Below are positions 1 to 10,680 of a stretch of DNA of 64,000 bases, in pieces (the stretch's first letter is position 1; each line of letters begins with the position of its first letter). Source of the DNA: Podarcis bocagei (lineage: Eukaryota); NCBI GenBank assembly GCA_964188305.1, contig OZ076889.1; one strand, given 5' to 3'. Under the pieces are notes generated by a model. The model saw nothing but the letters and a program-made list of their open reading frames with translations. It was not told where the DNA came from and searched no databases. The position numbers and the translations under genes were made by a program.

Positions 1-33
1 CTTTTGCTGAGGTTGCCTGTGCTGTCTCTGCAG

Positions 34-123
34 ATAGCAACAGGTGTGACAAGCAGCCAGCCTATAAAACTGGTCCAGGTCCCGCAGACCACCACCTATA
101 TACCAACTACTCAACCCACAATT
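34..123 (+). CDS. ZMYND8: ZMYND8 (PRKCBP1) penultimate coding exon, 90 nt
   Basis: Acceptor tctctgcag|ATAG and donor ATT|gtaagt. Phase-1 frame reads SNRCDKQPAYKTGPGPADHHLYTNYSTHN, matching human ZMYND8 SKRCDKQPAY...PNY as recalled. Phase-0 frame (IATGVTSSQPIKLVQVPQTTTYIPTTQPTI) is also open. Convergent synteny with EYA2 as in human. Confidence 0.85.
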
Positions 124-1824
124 GTAAGTACTGCTTTTGGCATTGAAACAGCTCATTATCTATTGTGGGGGGCGGGGTTTTCTCCTGTGTTATCAGGACA
201 TGAATTCACCGGTCCCAAGTCTATATTTGCAGTATAAAACGCCTTATTTTGCCGTACAACATCTCCATTTCCCTCATGCCATATAATTTCATCATAGAGC
301 CAACCAAGGATTCAAAGACTAGCCAACATTCACACATAGTTACAGCTGCAATTTTGGGGGGGAGGGGGGGTAAACATTACTGCAAATATGGTGAGCTCTT
401 GCTTTGTGCAATGTGAACAAGTTTTATTTTAGCGCTATCCAGGTTATGCCAAACAAACCAAGCCCTAACAATATTGCATATATGTTCTGTGTTTCTGGAA
501 TTGTCGCATTGCCATTGTACGTCACGATCTTTTGCTGCTGAGATAGGAAATGTTGGCTGTGATGTAGGAATTAGGCCACTGTTCCGCATCCATTTAATCC
601 CTCAGGCTTCTTAATTTCTTTTGTGCAATCACCATGTGGTAAGCAAAAATTTAACTATTCATCCTGTGCTCTTCAGGCCCAAAAATGCTCAACAGAGAGA
701 CTGAGCTAGAGTTATTTGTAACAAAGTGAACTTGGAGCTTCTTGTTTCAAAAAAACTTTCCGCCACAATTAGAAGATGGAGGGTGGTGTTGGGATTTACT
801 TCTGCCTAAAATGATTTTACCTTAGAAAGTTCTGTTGGTTGAGTTTTACCTTGCTTTGCTGACCATGTTTGATCCCTCCGGAGCGGCATGTTTTCCTCAA
901 AATCAGATGTCCTGGTGATCCTGTTTTAATTTTTAACAATACTGCCTTAAAGCAGGAGGGAGAGCCTTGGTGATTTTTCGCCCTACTTGACATTTAATTC
1001 TATAATTTACAATGGTCAGTACCAAATGTTCTGTTTGGCCATACCAAATGTTCCATGTACATTTACTGACCTACTGTGGTCATAATGCTAACGATCCTAC
1101 TGTTTCAAGGCACAGTGCCCAAATCCACTAATTCTCTTACTATGTGAGTATTAGACATGTTTTATTAGCAACATCTGACCTAATGCTATTGTGGAATGCA
1201 TATATGAGTTTAGTAATAAATCCTAATGCCTTAAAGGGGCTCAACACATCAGCATGGTTCAATATTCATCCTACAGTTTGTGTAAAGAAAGCACTGGATC
1301 AGTTCCTGGTACATGTGATGGAAGTCTCCAGGTTACTACATTTTGAAAACACCACAATCATGGTTTGTTTTTTTAGCTGTTGTGCCCATTGTCTCCTGTA
1401 AATTGTTGGTTTGTGAGCACTTTGAAGACCAGGATTTACCATCTGATTTGAGTGAACACACATTGTTTAAACAATACATAGAGTTTGTTTTCTAGTGACA
1501 AGACAGAATATTTGTGTAATACAGAAACTTCAAACACTTTTAATCAGATTTCTACTGTTTAAGGGATTGCTTGCAATTATATTGAGAGGAAAGTTACACA
1601 CAGGTCTGAGGCTATATAGCAAGGAATAGGAAAACTCATTTTTTTGACTCGGTACTGAATATCTTGTACACGGCTCAGAGTGCTTATTATGTACAGTAGT
1701 GTATTATTATGTATTGTGCCCTTTATTTCCCGGGTAGTATCATGCTGAGGGTTTCTCATGACAGGCAATCCTACGTTTCTGTGCTTGTGGTTGCTGACAT
1801 GTGTGTTTTGGTTTTAATCCACAG

Positions 1825-1926
1825 ACCATTCCTGTAGTAGTAAGCCCTACAGCTGGGACCGTGGCAATGAGAACAGGAGTTCAGTATGTTCAGACAACAA
1901 TGCCTGTCCAAGTACGGAGAGTTTAA
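1825..1926 (+). CDS. ZMYND8: ZMYND8 last coding exon, phase-0 frame TIPVVVSPTAGTVAMRTGVQYVQTTMPVQVRRV*
   Basis: Acceptor ttttaatccacag|ACC; in frame with the phase-0 reading of exon 34-123; TAA at 1924-1926. Confidence 0.7.
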   Translation, partial: TIPVVVSPTAGTVAMRTGVQYVQTTMPVQVRRV

Positions 1927-1994
1927 CTGCTAACAAAGGAATCCAGGCAGCTGTTGGAGTATATAATCGTCTCTGTAATAGAAATGTTTTTTAA
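1825..1994 (+). CDS. ZMYND8: ZMYND8 last coding exon, phase-1 (human-like) frame (Y)HSCSSKPYSWDRGNENRSSVCSDNNACPSTESLTANKGIQAAVGVYNRLCNRNVF*
   Basis: Aligns to recalled human YHSRSNKSSWSSSDEKRGSTRSDHNTSTSTKSL; TAA at 1992-1994. Confidence 0.6.
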
Positions 1995-3228
1995 AAAATC
2001 CCCGCAGTTCATTGGATTAACCTCAAAGGTTCAGACTTTTAGCTTTGTACAGGTGTACAAAGCATTTATTACACTACATTAATGTAAAGCATTAGCGCTG
2101 GCTTTAAAAAGCTTGAGGACTGGTAAAATTCATGGTAAATCTATGCTTCTGTTGTAAATTATGTACATTTTGTGGATGATGTTAGAGTACCATCTCCTTT
2201 TTATATTTGTATTGACTTCGACGTATAAGGAGTGTTGGAAGCTGGTGAAGGAAAGGTTAAATCAGACTTGCCACAAACACCACCAAGAGAAATGGTTTTC
2301 TGGGAACTGCAGTTGCACACATAAATCAAGAATGAGAAGACTGAACCACTTGCCTTGCCTTTGGAGACGGAAAAAAACACACGCCTGCACATTGGTTTGT
2401 GCAACTGAAGCTGGAACTTGCCGTTTTAAATTTGTTAAATCAAGCATTTCCAATCTTAAGGCTCCTCGTACATTAAAGGACATATTTTGTGTTTCATATT
2501 TAAAATGAGAGAGATTGTTTACAAAATGGGGGGGGGTTAAATTTCATTCATGCTAAGAGAAAAGGAAAGTCGGAAGCTAAATATCAGATCAATAGTTCCA
2601 GAGATAATGAAAATGGATTTTGGGGCGTATGCTTCCTACTAGGTTATGTTTCAGTTGTATTGCTGCTGCTTCTTTTTTTAAGTGTCCAAAGGACTTTGAA
2701 ATTGTTTTCAAAGGGAACAAGAGCTATAGATGGAGAAGACTCTTTACCAGGAAACGAGGGCAAAGGACATTGATGCTGGAATAGAGCATGTATTATGGGA
2801 TTTTTATGTTTTTATGTAAGCATGAAACAGTACAGTATGAGAGAGAAAGTAACCCATGAAAACACTGTCTGTTACACTTAAACTGTAGTACCATTTTGTA
2901 TGTTGTGTAAACAAAGCATTGAACAAAGCAAGGTGATGTATGTATATGAGAAAATTAATTGTATTATATCATTCCAGTACATTTTGTTGTACATTTTAGT
3001 CATATTGATTTCTCCCATTGTTTATAAAGGATGCGGTTTGTACAGTCTCCAGCTAGTACACACATTAGAGGAAAGAAGAAGAAAAAAGCTAGAAGGAAAA
3101 AAAAATCAGGAGCAGAATATTTGTGAATTGCATTGTGTCAAAGATAGCCTAGCTGGCCTTATTTGTGAAGCATAATTGCTTTTAGCATATGGAAGTATTT
3201 TTTCACATTTTCTTTGTATAAAATTTGT

Positions 3229-3234
3229 ATTAAA
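3229..3234 (+). terminator. Probable ZMYND8 polyadenylation signal (ATTAAA)
   Basis: Ends a repeat-free, AU-rich 3' UTR of about 1.3 kb and is followed by a T/GT-rich downstream element (ttttttgattattgtgtttctttt). Confidence 0.55.
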
Positions 3235-4185
3235 CTAAATATCTTTTTTGATTATTGTGTTTCTTTTACTAAAGCAGGTGACGCACAATATGCTTTGGGA
3301 TTTCCCAGTTTTTTTCAGGGCTCTTTAAGTTTCTTTAATTCTTCCTTTTTTTAAATTAAACTGTTTTAGAAAAAAATGGGTCATGTTGGGTTTCCATTTT
3401 CCTTCTGAAAGCCAGGTTACATTTACATGTGTCCTTTAAAAACAACAACTCATTCTGATCCAGCTGTATTTCTCTGGTAGTTGATACTTAACTGCATCAC
3501 TACTTGGCATGCTTACTTACAGTTTTATATTACTCTCTTCACTTGTTCTGCCTAGCAATAGAAACTGTTCTGAGAGCACTGCAGCCTTCCTATTCAACAT
3601 TAGCAAATATGCAGATGTTTTCTTGTTTTCATCTGCCTCCTGGACATTGAACAGACACAGAAGAGTAAGAGGTATTTTACTTTTTATTTATTTTAGAATT
3701 TGTCAGCTGCTTGCTTTTCCGCACAGCTAATAAGTTTTGTCTGTTTGATGCTTAAATAAGGCTAAGCACATCAAATTATCTCAGGTTCCAAAATTGAGGT
3801 GCCTCTGAGGAGGACTGAGTCCCAGCCAACCTAACCTCAAACAAATGAGGTCCAGAGCAGCACCCTGGGGCAGAGAGGCTGAAGAATTTTTGCTGCTTAC
3901 TAATGCCACCTTTACTAGTTTGGTTTCTCTTTTTCTTCGTTCTCTTCTTTTCTTTTAACAAACTAAAAATCTACTGTCTGTATTTCACTCTTGCTTTCTC
4001 ATAGCTTTGGCTGGCAAGTCAAATGTTGAAAAAGAGAGAGAGAGGAGAAAAAACAAACCAATTTCAGGGTTGTCAAAGTCATCAAACTGACTTCCAGCAT
4101 CTTGGGATCTCCTAATGTGAACCTTCACCATGGCAATAATTATTTGCCACCAGAGAGCCAAGTCTGTTTCACATCTCACATCACA

Positions 4186-4292
4186 GTAGCTCAGACTCTT
4201 AATCTCAGCATTGTGGGTTTGAGACCCATGCTGGGCAAAAGATTCCTGCATTTCAGGGGGCATTCCAACTCTACAATTCTGTGATTTATGAA
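4186..4292 (+). mobile_element. tRNA-Lys-derived SINE with CR1-like tail (degraded)
   Basis: tagctcagactcttaatctcag...gggcaaaagattcctgcatt...ttccaactctacaattctgtga; same family as 21036-21188. Confidence 0.6.
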
Positions 4293-6084
4293 TCATGCCA
4301 GCAGCTACCACCACAGTCCTGCCAACAATAAAGCCCATCTTAAGACACTGCACCCTTCCGTTCTGTAGACCATTGTACTGTGAGGCCCCAAGACAGACAA
4401 GAACAACTACTTGAGATTGAACCTCTAGTCTTTGGGGAAAGTTGTTCACCAAAGTCCAGTGTCCTTTCAAAATGTAGAATATCACTCATGCAGGAAAATG
4501 AACAAGTTTACATATTATGCACAGTTTGGACTTGATCAGTTTCAAGAGACACAGGCTCTTTAAAAACCATTGCTGCTTGCCAGTCTATTTAAAGCACACT
4601 GTGTTCTGACTAATAACGTATTGACACTTCTCTCAAATAATCATGATGATCCTGATCACAAGCAGGCCACTACTGCGTCACTTCATCTGACATTTAACGC
4701 CAAGAAGCAGGCAGCTTGTGGGTAAAAAGTAGACATGATAAGAGATGTGGGATCTATGGTCTCATTAAACTCATCACCCAAAAGAGCTGCTTTGGTGGTG
4801 GGTAGGAAGCAGAGCCCACCATTGGGACCACAGGGTTGCATCCCACTTATGTCATGCTCAAGAGTAGACCCACTGAAATGAGTAGACTTAATGGGAGCTG
4901 TTCGCTGCTTCAGAATAAAAGCAGTCAGCCCTAGTAAGTTACTGCCACTTTTCTAAAAACGACAAACAAACGAAAACTACTAAAGCAAGTTTCGCAAAAG
5001 TAGCTTGTAAGAGCAAGACTGAAGTTAGGAACTTGATCTAAGGGACTTTTTAAAGGGGGGATATGGCAGGACAGTCCCAAGAACATGCCTGTTTCTTCGG
5101 TAACCTCTTGTTCACTCTAGATATGTTTACCGGGGAGGAAGTCCCTTGGCACTCAGTGAGGCTTACTTCTATGTAGAAGTGCCTAAGACAGAATTGATCC
5201 TTATTAGTAAGGACTGCAAGCTGGGCTTTCCTTTATAGATTTGTAAGATTACTAGTAACCGAGTTTAGTGTTTGCTTGCTTGTCTGTCACGGGGGGGGGG
5301 GAGTCATTGTGAGGGAGTGACAGATACCCCTTTTCCAAACAACACGTTAGCGCACCAGCAAGCCCAAAGGCCCATTTTCTTTCCTTACTGCTTCAGCTTG
5401 CAAAAGCAGCCTGTATTTTTTTTTTTACTCGTATTCCTTCCCTACAGTTGGTGTGCTTAACTAGGCTTGCTTTTTCCATTTTGCTTAAATTATGCTGAAC
5501 AACTTGCATGAAAATACATTTGTGCTTTCCATAGAGAGAAAAAATAGTATGGTGACAGTTGGAATAACCATTCCCTTGGCACCAGGGCTTTATCAATCCA
5601 TTTTAGTAAAATTTTCTATTGTTTCTATCTTGCAAGCAGGAAAATGGTTTTTTCTTTGTCCCATGGCAAGCTGTTACTGAGGGTTTGCTGCCATCGTGTG
5701 CCTGTGTCTAGAAACTACACACACAAAATAAAATGGCTGATAGTAGAAAAAGAGTGTCTATGAGATACGGGTTTATTTGTAAGATTGTGATAGAAGAAGA
5801 AACCTATATGTCTTTTCTCAGTGAAACCACACAATAGGGCTATCCTCTGACCACAATATTTATCAATGGGATTGTGTGAGTTTCAGCTCCCAGCCCAGAT
5901 AGCAGTGATTTTGACAGTTTCTGAACTTGGGGATACTGCTTGTTATAAAGTCTTCCCCTTGCCTTCCTAATGCCTATGCCATTTTTTATTTTATTTTTGT
6001 TACTAGTTAAAAATGACTTTTTGTCAAGCACCATGACCTTTTTTGCAGCAGCACTTTTGTAGCCCTTTTGGAAGCCCAGCCACT

Positions 6085-6530
6085 AAATAGAGGTGTATGA
6101 AATTATGCATGGTGTCGATAAAGAGAGGGGTTTTCCTCATCATCTAATACTGAAGCATCATGCGGTTATCCCATGTTGGAAGATTCGAAACAGGCCAAAG
6201 GAAATGCCTCTACAAGCGCCACATAATTAAACTCTCGGATTCACTGCTGCAGATGGTTTTGGCTGCCAATTTGGACGGCCTTAAAGGAGAGATCATAGAA
6301 ATTCAGAGAGGGCATAAGGCTATATCCATGACTCTTTGTCATGATAGCAATGTTCAGCCTGCACTGTTGGAGGCAGAATGCCTCTGAATACCTGTTGCTG
6401 GGAAACATAACTAGGGAGAATGCGGTTACACGCAAGGCCTGATTGCAGGCTTCCCAAAAGCATCTCATTGGCTACCATGGGAACAGGATGCTGGTCTAGA
6501 TAGATCTTCAACCTGATCCAACAGGGCTTC
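6085..6530 (+). mobile_element. CR1 LINE 3' fragment
   Basis: Decayed ORF2 end (gaggtgtatgaaattatgcatgg...) and 3' UTR (aacaggatgctgg...ctgatccaacagggct). Boundaries approximate. Confidence 0.65.
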
Positions 6531-6998
6531 TTACTGACAATTGAATGTTACCAGTTGTTATTTTGGTCCTTTGTATGCTGTACATTGCCTCTCATCCAGG
6601 GCTGGCATATGCATGGTCACTTGGGTTTTCTTGTTTAGAAGTGGCACAGATGATACTTCTTGTGAGGCCAGGCTAATCTCCCTCTTGTGCGTAGATGGAA
6701 TAAAACTGCTGGTGGGTAAAAAACCTGCAAGAGTCTTGCAGCAAGGCTTTACCATCTTTCTTGCTTGCTTTGGCCATGCAGAAGAGCCCTACAATGGGGC
6801 AGAGCCACATTGGGAGGGCAGGGCTGCTGCTGAGAATGGCAGCCTCATGTTGAGCTCCCCTTTCCCCCTCTGCAGCATGGCATTAAGCTGTGTGTTTCCC
6901 ACACCTGCTAGTGGCAGCGAATAACATGCAATGGCAGTGGGGATGTGCTTGGCGTCGCAGAATCAAATATGTTGCAGAGGGATAATATGGGGTGTTAG

Positions 6999-7445
6999 GT
7001 ATAGTTAAGGCTATGGTTTTCCCAGTAGTGATGTATGGAAGTGAGAGCTGGACCATAAAGAAGGCTGATCTCCAAAGAATTGATGCTTTTGAATTATGGT
7101 GCTGGAGGAGACTCTTGAGAGTCCCATGGACTGCAAGAAGATCAAACCTCTCCATTCTGAAGGAAATCAGCCCTGAGTGCTCACTGGAAGGGCAGATTGT
7201 TAAGCTGAGGCTCCAATACTTTGGCCACCTCATGAGAAGAGAAGACTCCCTGGAAAAGACCCTGATGTTGGGAAAGATGGAGGGCACAAGGAGAAGGGGA
7301 TGACAGAAGACGAGATGGCTGGACAGTGTTCTCGAAGCTACCAGCATGAGTTTGACCAAACTGCGGGAGGCAGTGAAAGACAGGAGTGCCTGGAGTGCTC
7401 TGGTCCATGGGGTCACGAAGAGTTGGACATGACTAAACAACAACA
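6999..7445 (+). mobile_element. BovB (RTE clade) LINE, 5'-truncated 3' end
   Basis: IVKAMVFPVVMYGSESWTIKKA...IDAFELWCWRRLLRVPWTARRSN...LQYFGHLMRR...LEKTLMLGK is the BovB ORF C-terminus; ends gactaaacaacaaca; premature TGA at 7301. Confidence 0.93.
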
Positions 7446-7604
7446 GTACCTCTGGTGGCAGACATGCCATGCTCTTTCTGGGGTAGTCCATCCACCTTTG
7501 GTCCCCACCAAGAACTCTCAGCTCTCAGCTGTGGCTCGTAGAAGCTGTCAGCATACGACAGCAGACACATTCCTGAAAATGACTTCAAGTGGACGGCTAA
7601 AACA

Positions 7605-7785
7605 TAGCCTGGCAACAGTGCATCCGCATTGCATGCAGGAGGTCCAGGTTCAATCTCTGGCATCTGCAGGCAGGTCTGGGAATGTTCCCTGCCTGAAATC
7701 CTGGGAAGCCACTGCTAATCACTGTGCACAATACTGAGCTAGATCCTGGGACACTGGTCTGATTTGGTATACGAGAGCTTCCTGC
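7605..7785 (+). mobile_element. tRNA-Ala-like squamate SINE (Squam3-like) with CR1-type tail
   Basis: ttgcatgcaggaggtccaggttcaatctctggcatc...cctgaaatcctgg...caatactgagctagat. Confidence 0.6.
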
Positions 7786-9581
7786 CTCTTCCCTTCCATG
7801 CTTTAAAAGAACTTGGCATCTTAATGGTCAGATTAACAACCATATGTTGTTTGCCTATTGCTTTCTCTTTGTTTTATGATCTTATTGTCAGCATCATTTA
7901 TGAATCATTACGTTTCAAAATCCTTATAACCTTTTATATTCAAAACAGTACTTTTTAAAAAAGAAAGAAAGCTGAATTGTGCTTTTGCGATGTCATTTTA
8001 TTTATATTCGAATAAGTATCTGAAATGGGCCTCTGAATGGGGTGGGGGGATATGATAGCAAAAATGTTATAGCTGGGAGTGGGGCTGCTGATTGTATCCT
8101 GCCCTCCAAGAGGTAAGTGGCACTGCTTTCCCTTCTTGAAAATCAGCGGTAGTACAATCCAGCCAAAGTTGAGGATTTTCATTCCCACTCATTTAAACAG
8201 GAGGTTTAAGTACATCTCTTGGGTGATATTTATACTCAAGAGTAGACCTACTGAAATCAACAAACATGACTTAAGTTGGGTCCGTTGATTTCAGTAGGTT
8301 TACTCTGAGTAAGTGAGTACCACTGCTCCTGATGTAATAACTTGGTTTTAAAAATGTTTAATGAGGATTAGAACACACCCATGTACCCAATACTTCAGTA
8401 TGTATTAGCTCTAATACTAGATACATGTTGGTTTTGCCCTGAAGCACAATCACAGAGGGGAATACACATGGAAGACTCCTATAGTAAGTAGGGAAAGGGC
8501 TAGCAGCAGTGATACAGAATGCTTCATTAGACCAAAAAGTGAAACAGCTTAACATATCTTTCCCTTGGAAGCAGCCTCTCTCTCAGTATGTCAAGCCTCA
8601 TTTTCTCAAAAAAAAACCCAACCTTTTTTATAATTAATTATAGTTTTCCTTTTTCCCCCTTTGGCAAATGGCTGGTGTGGATGCAGCAAGAATCCTGCAA
8701 CAAATAAACATTTACAATCTTTCTAACCCCCCCCCCCAAATGAAATGTAACAAATGAATTATAGCTTTTATGATAAACACCTACACACACCTAAACTAGG
8801 TTCTTAGGATTTCTCCCATGCAGGTTCATGGATTCGGAAATACGTTGATCCTGGAATAGTATTTGGAGTCTGAGATGACAAGGCTCTGTGAAGCTCCTTG
8901 GAAAGGTATTTTCTTTCTTTGTGACAAAGGATTTGTGATGACAACAGCTGCTGCATACTGATGCAAACAAAAGTGGATATTTGCTGCAAACCTTCCTTCA
9001 GTGGATTTCACAACAGATACAGGCTGTGTAAACAAACTCATTTTTACCCCTTCCTAAAATGAAAACAATGACTGCAAAATCCCATACAGTTAGGCCAAAG
9101 TAATCTAAAATCTAAATAATGGGATATAATTGGTCCAGCCTAAATGGCTTCAAATGTGAATCAAACAGCATATTTGTTTCAGCTCTGCTGTACACCTGCC
9201 ACCAGAGAGACTTCCACTCAACTCTCTGAGGGGATCCTGATGATGATCTCCTACACAAAATAATATTTTGATTTCCATTCCAGGAGCCAAGACTGGCCTG
9301 GCTAAGATCCAGGAAGAGTGCAAATCCTATGTAAACAGAGCAGGGACTGACTAGCAAAAATCCCACAATAGCAGTGCCAACAGTGATCTCCATATATTCC
9401 CCCACCTAGGACTTGGGAGGGGTGTGGGCTAAAATAATTGAATCCATGCACACCATGTGTGTGCTCCCATGGCTTCATTAGAGCCATAATTGAGGGCGTT
9501 AAGATGTTTGGACTATTGCTTTTTTAACCTGGTAACAAAAAATAAACTATCCATGGTTGTGCTTGTCCAAACTCCATAGTA

Positions 9582-9935
9582 CAGTGGTGCCCCGCAAGAC
9601 GAATGCCTCGCAAGACGGAAAACCCGCTAGACGAAAGGGTTTTCCGTTTTTGAGCTGCTTTGCAAGATGAATTTCCCTATGGGCTTGCTTTGCAAGACAA
9701 AAACGTCTTGCAAGTGTTCTGATTTTTCCCCGCTCCCCCCCTTTTTCTAAACCGCTAATAGCCTTTTAGCCACTAATCCGCTAAGCCTTTAATAGCCGCT
9801 AAGCCTTTAATAGCTGCTAAACCGCTAATAGTGCTAATCCGCTAAGCCGCTAATAGGGTTGCTTCACAAGACGAAAAAACCGCTAGACGAAGAGACTCGC
9901 GGAACGGATTATTTTTGTCTTGCGAGGCACCACTG
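9582..9935. mobile_element. Tc1/mariner (Tigger-like) MITE
   Basis: TIRs CAGTGGTGCCCCGCAAGAC / GTCTTGCGAGGCACCACTG, TA TSD on both sides, internal CCGCTAA(TA)G repeats. Confidence 0.85.
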
Positions 9936-10324
9936 TAGTTCTCTGAAGGGGATAACAAACCACTGCTGCAAAAAGAGCTCCTGACCTGACTGGCTAGTCT
10001 AGTTTGTTGCTGGAAGCTGACCATGTTCACCGTGTCTGAGAACGGATTATTTTCCAGTGTCTGTCCTGAAACGCTACCTGAGCATTGTGGGAGCCACCGC
10101 TTGGTCCATCTGAAGGGGGAAATGGGTACCATAGGAGCTCTGTTGACAGTGTAGCTCAACAGCCAAATCCAATAGGTATCTCAATGCTTGTGAAAGATGC
10201 TGTGCAACTCTTAGCCCAAATTGCACATTCACTGTGGATCTCACCCTTTTTAAAATTTAAATCACACTCAGATGTAAAAGATGGCGTGCAATAGGTTTTA
10301 GCTATCCACTACAGTAGCTCATTC

Positions 10325-10680
10325 CAGGCATGGAGAAAGTGGATAGAGAAAGGGTTTTTTCCATGTCTCATTAATGCTAAAATTTGTGGGCATTCAGCGA
10401 AATTGAATGTTGGGCAGTTCAGGATAGACAAAAGAAAGCACTTCTTCATACAGTTCCCGGATGGCTCCCACCAGCTCGGATGGCTTTTTAAGGTTACATA
10501 AATTCATGGAGGACAAGGCTATCCATGATGACCAGCCACAATGGCTATGCTCTGTTGCTACTGTCAGAGACTTGTCTCTGTCTCTGAAGACACAGGCAAC
10601 TGGTTGGCCATCATGAGGAAAGGATGCTGGGCTTGATGGGCCAATGGCCTGATCCAGCACAGCTTGTTCTGGGTTCTTAT
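10325..10680 (+). mobile_element. CR1 LINE 3' fragment
   Basis: ggagaaagtggatagagaaag...aggatgctgggcttgatgggccaatggcctgatccagcacagc. Boundaries approximate. Confidence 0.65.

Noticed and set aside
1924-2100. Stop-codon readthrough of ZMYND8 (the frame stays open after TAA)
   Set aside because: TAA-CTG is not the efficient TGA-CTAG readthrough context; an indel history explains the similarity more simply.
3985-4485. 166-aa minus-strand ORF
   Set aside because: Runs through a SINE in antisense; no recognisable domain or convincing exon structure.
6883-7491. 202-aa minus-strand ORF
   Set aside because: Antisense frame of the BovB fragment, a common spurious ORF.
9745-9860. CRISPR-like or telomere-like repeat array
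   Set aside because: No unique spacers, not TTAGGG, and internal to a eukaryotic MITE.
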